64,000 nt of DNA, from NCBI GenBank assembly GCA_030390025.1, contig CM059432.1, positions 146,694,001 to 146,758,000 of the forward strand, written 5' to 3'. Source of the DNA: Squalus acanthias (Eukaryota). Below the pieces are notes generated by a model. That model was not told the origin of the DNA and did not search any database. It saw only the letters and a list, made by a program, of their open reading frames with translations. Each line of letters begins with the position of its first letter. Within the stretch, counting starts at the first letter, position 1. Made by a program: the position numbers and the translations under genes. Of the stretch, positions 61,500 to 64,000 are shown piece after piece.

Positions 61500-63898
61500 T
61501 AAAGAAATATATCTAACTCATCCTTGAATATATTTAATGACTTCGCCTCAACTACCTTCTGTGGTAGAGAATTCCACAGGTTCACCACTCTCTGGGTGAA
61601 GAAATTCTTCCTCATTTCTGTCCTAAATGGCTTACCCCTTATCCTTAGATTATGACCCCTGGTTCTGGACTCTCCGACCATCGGGAACATTCTTCCTGCA
61701 TCTAGTTTGTCCAGACCTGTCAGAATTTTATATGTTTCGATGAGATCCCCTCTCATTCTTCTATACTCCAGCGAGTATAAGCCCAATCGACCCAATCTCT
61801 CCTCATATGTCATTCCTGCCATCCCAGGTATCAGCCTTGTGAATCTTCGCTGAACTCCTTCCATGGCAAGAACATCCTTCCTCAGATAAGGTGACCAAAA
61901 CTGCACACAGTACTCAAGGTGTGGTCTCACCAAGGCCCTGTACAACTGCAGCAGGACATCCCTGTTCCTATACTCAAACCCTTTCGCTATGAAGGCCAAC
62001 ATACCATTTGCCTTCTTCACCGCCTGCTGCACCTGCATGCTTACCTTCAGCGACTGGTGCACCAGGACACCCAGGTCTCATTGCACTTCCCCTTCTCCCA
62101 ATCTATTGCCATTCAGATAATAGTCTGCCTTTCTGTTTTTGACACCAAAGTGGATAACCTCGCATTTATCCACGTTATATTGCATCTGCCACGCTTCTGC
62201 CCACTCACCCAACCTGTCCAAATCATCCTGGAGTTTCTCGGTATCCTCCTCACAGCACACACTCCCACCCAGCTTTGTGTCATCTGCAAACTTAGAGATA
62301 TTACATTTAGTTCCCTTATCTAGATCATTAATGTATATTGTGAATAGCTGGGGTCCAAGGACCGATCCCTGTGGTACCCCACTAGTCACTGCTTGCCACT
62401 CGGAAAAAGACCCATTAATTCCTACTCTCTGCTTTCTGTCCGCCAACCAGTTCTCTATCCAAGTCAATACCTTTCCCCCAATCCCATGTGCCTTAACTTT
62501 ACACGATAATCTCTTATGCGGGACCTTATCGAAAGCCTTTTGAAAGTCCAAATACACCACATCTACTGGTTCTCCCTTATCTATTTTCCCAGTTACATCC
62601 TCAAAAAATTCCAGTAGATTAGTCAAGCACGATTTACCTTTTGTAAATCCATGTTGGCTTTGTCCGATCCTGTCACTGTTTTTCAAGTGCTCAGCTATTA
62701 CATCCTGTATAATGGACTCTAGCATTTTCCCCACTACCGATGTCAGGCTTACCAGTCTGTAATTCCCCGCTTTCTCTCTACTACCCTTTTTGAATAGTGG
62801 GGTAACATTAGCTACCCTCCAATCCATGGGTACAGTTCCAGATTCCATCGAATGTTGGAAGATGATCAGCAATGCATCTACTATTTCTAGGGCCACTTCC
62901 TTAAGTACCCTAGGATGTAGATTATCAGGCCCTGGGGATTTATCAGCCTTCAATCCCGTCAATTTCCCTAACACCATTTCCCTGCAAATACTGATTTCTT
63001 TCAGTTCCTCCCTTTCATCAGACCGTATGTTCTCCAACATCTCTGGGAGGTTATTTGTGTCCTCCTTTGTGAAGACAGAACCAAAATATGCATTTAATTG
63101 GGCTGCCATTTCTTTGTTCCCCATTATAACTTCCCTCGTTTCTGACTGCAAGGGACCTACACTTGATTTCACTAATCTTTTTCTCTTCACATATCTATAA
63201 AAGCTCTTACAGTCAGTTTTTATGTTCCCTGAAAGCTTACTTTCATATTCTATTTTCCCCTTCTTAATTAATCCCTTTGTCCTCCTTTGTTGAATCCTAA
63301 ACTGCTCCCAATCCTCGGGGTTACCGCTTTTTCTGGCCAATTTATATGCCCTCTCCTTGGATCTTATGCTATCCCTAATTTCCCTTGTTAGCCATGGTTG
63401 AGTCACCCTTTTGTTTTATTCTTATGCCACACTGGGATGAACAAATTCTGTAGTTCATCCATGCAGTCTTTGAATGTTTGCCATTGCCTATCCACCGTCA
63501 ACCCTTTGAGTGACATTCCCCAATCAATCCTACCCAATTCACGCCTCATACCATCGTAGTTTCCTTTATTTAAATTCAGGACCCTAGTCTCTGATTCAAC
63601 TACTTCACTCTCCATCCTAATGAAGAATTATAACATATTATGATCACTCTGACCCAAGGGGCCTCGTACAACAAGATTGCTAATTAATCCTTTCTCGTTA
63701 CATAATACCCAGTCTAAGATGGCCTGATCTCTGGTTGGTTCCTCAACATATTGTTCCAGAAAACCATCCCATAAACATTCTAGGAATTCCTTCTCCACAG
63801 TATTTTTACTAATTTGGTTAGCCCAATCTATATGTAAATTAAAGTCACCCATGATGACTGCTGTGCCTTTACTGCATGCTTCTCTAATTTCCCTTATA
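61500..63898 (-). mobile_element. Relatively young CR1 (HER1-like) ORF2: part of endonuclease plus RT; one stop and frameshifts; no 3' UTR
   Basis: MGDFN, SDHN, KSPGPD, YLDFQKAFDKVPH, GVPQGSVLGP, FADDTK, LVRPHLEYCVQFW; TGA at 62078-62080 in place of the usual Arg codon. Confidence 0.96.
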
Positions 63899-64000
63899 GT
63901 TATTACAAATTTATTGTATTTCCCACAATTATATTTTCCGCTTCCTTGAACATTCCTCCCATGTGTACACAACAGAAGCAGATAATTTTTTTAAAAATCC

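Overview
Eukaryotic, repeat-dominated genomic DNA, most likely from a cartilaginous fish (shark or ray). This is inferred from the mix of HER1/CR1-type LINEs, SacSINE1-like DeuSINEs, shark-type Penelope termini and Harbinger elements. I can support no intact host protein-coding gene. The long ORFs in the track are artefacts of two tandem arrays: a G-rich ~34-38 bp minisatellite (1-10880, about 300 units, with kb-scale higher-order duplications) and a 21-bp minisatellite (54905-57795, about 137 units). The rest is a heavily nested set of decayed mobile elements: CR1, L2, a second CR1/L2-group LINE, RTE, three SINE families, three Harbinger transposons with transposase and/or Myb/SANT remnants, Harbinger-, hAT- and pogo-type MITEs, a 1281-bp solo LTR with a 4-bp TSD and a Gypsy gag remnant. 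The most interesting signal is four very short Penelope-derived insertions, each with a 10-13 bp TSD. One carries a complete minimal hammerhead ribozyme (42231-42267, minus strand), two break at nearly the same base inside the hammerhead core, and one is a 22-bp perfect fold-back. Family names come from recall, not from database searches. Boundaries are approximate unless a TSD or TIR is quoted.
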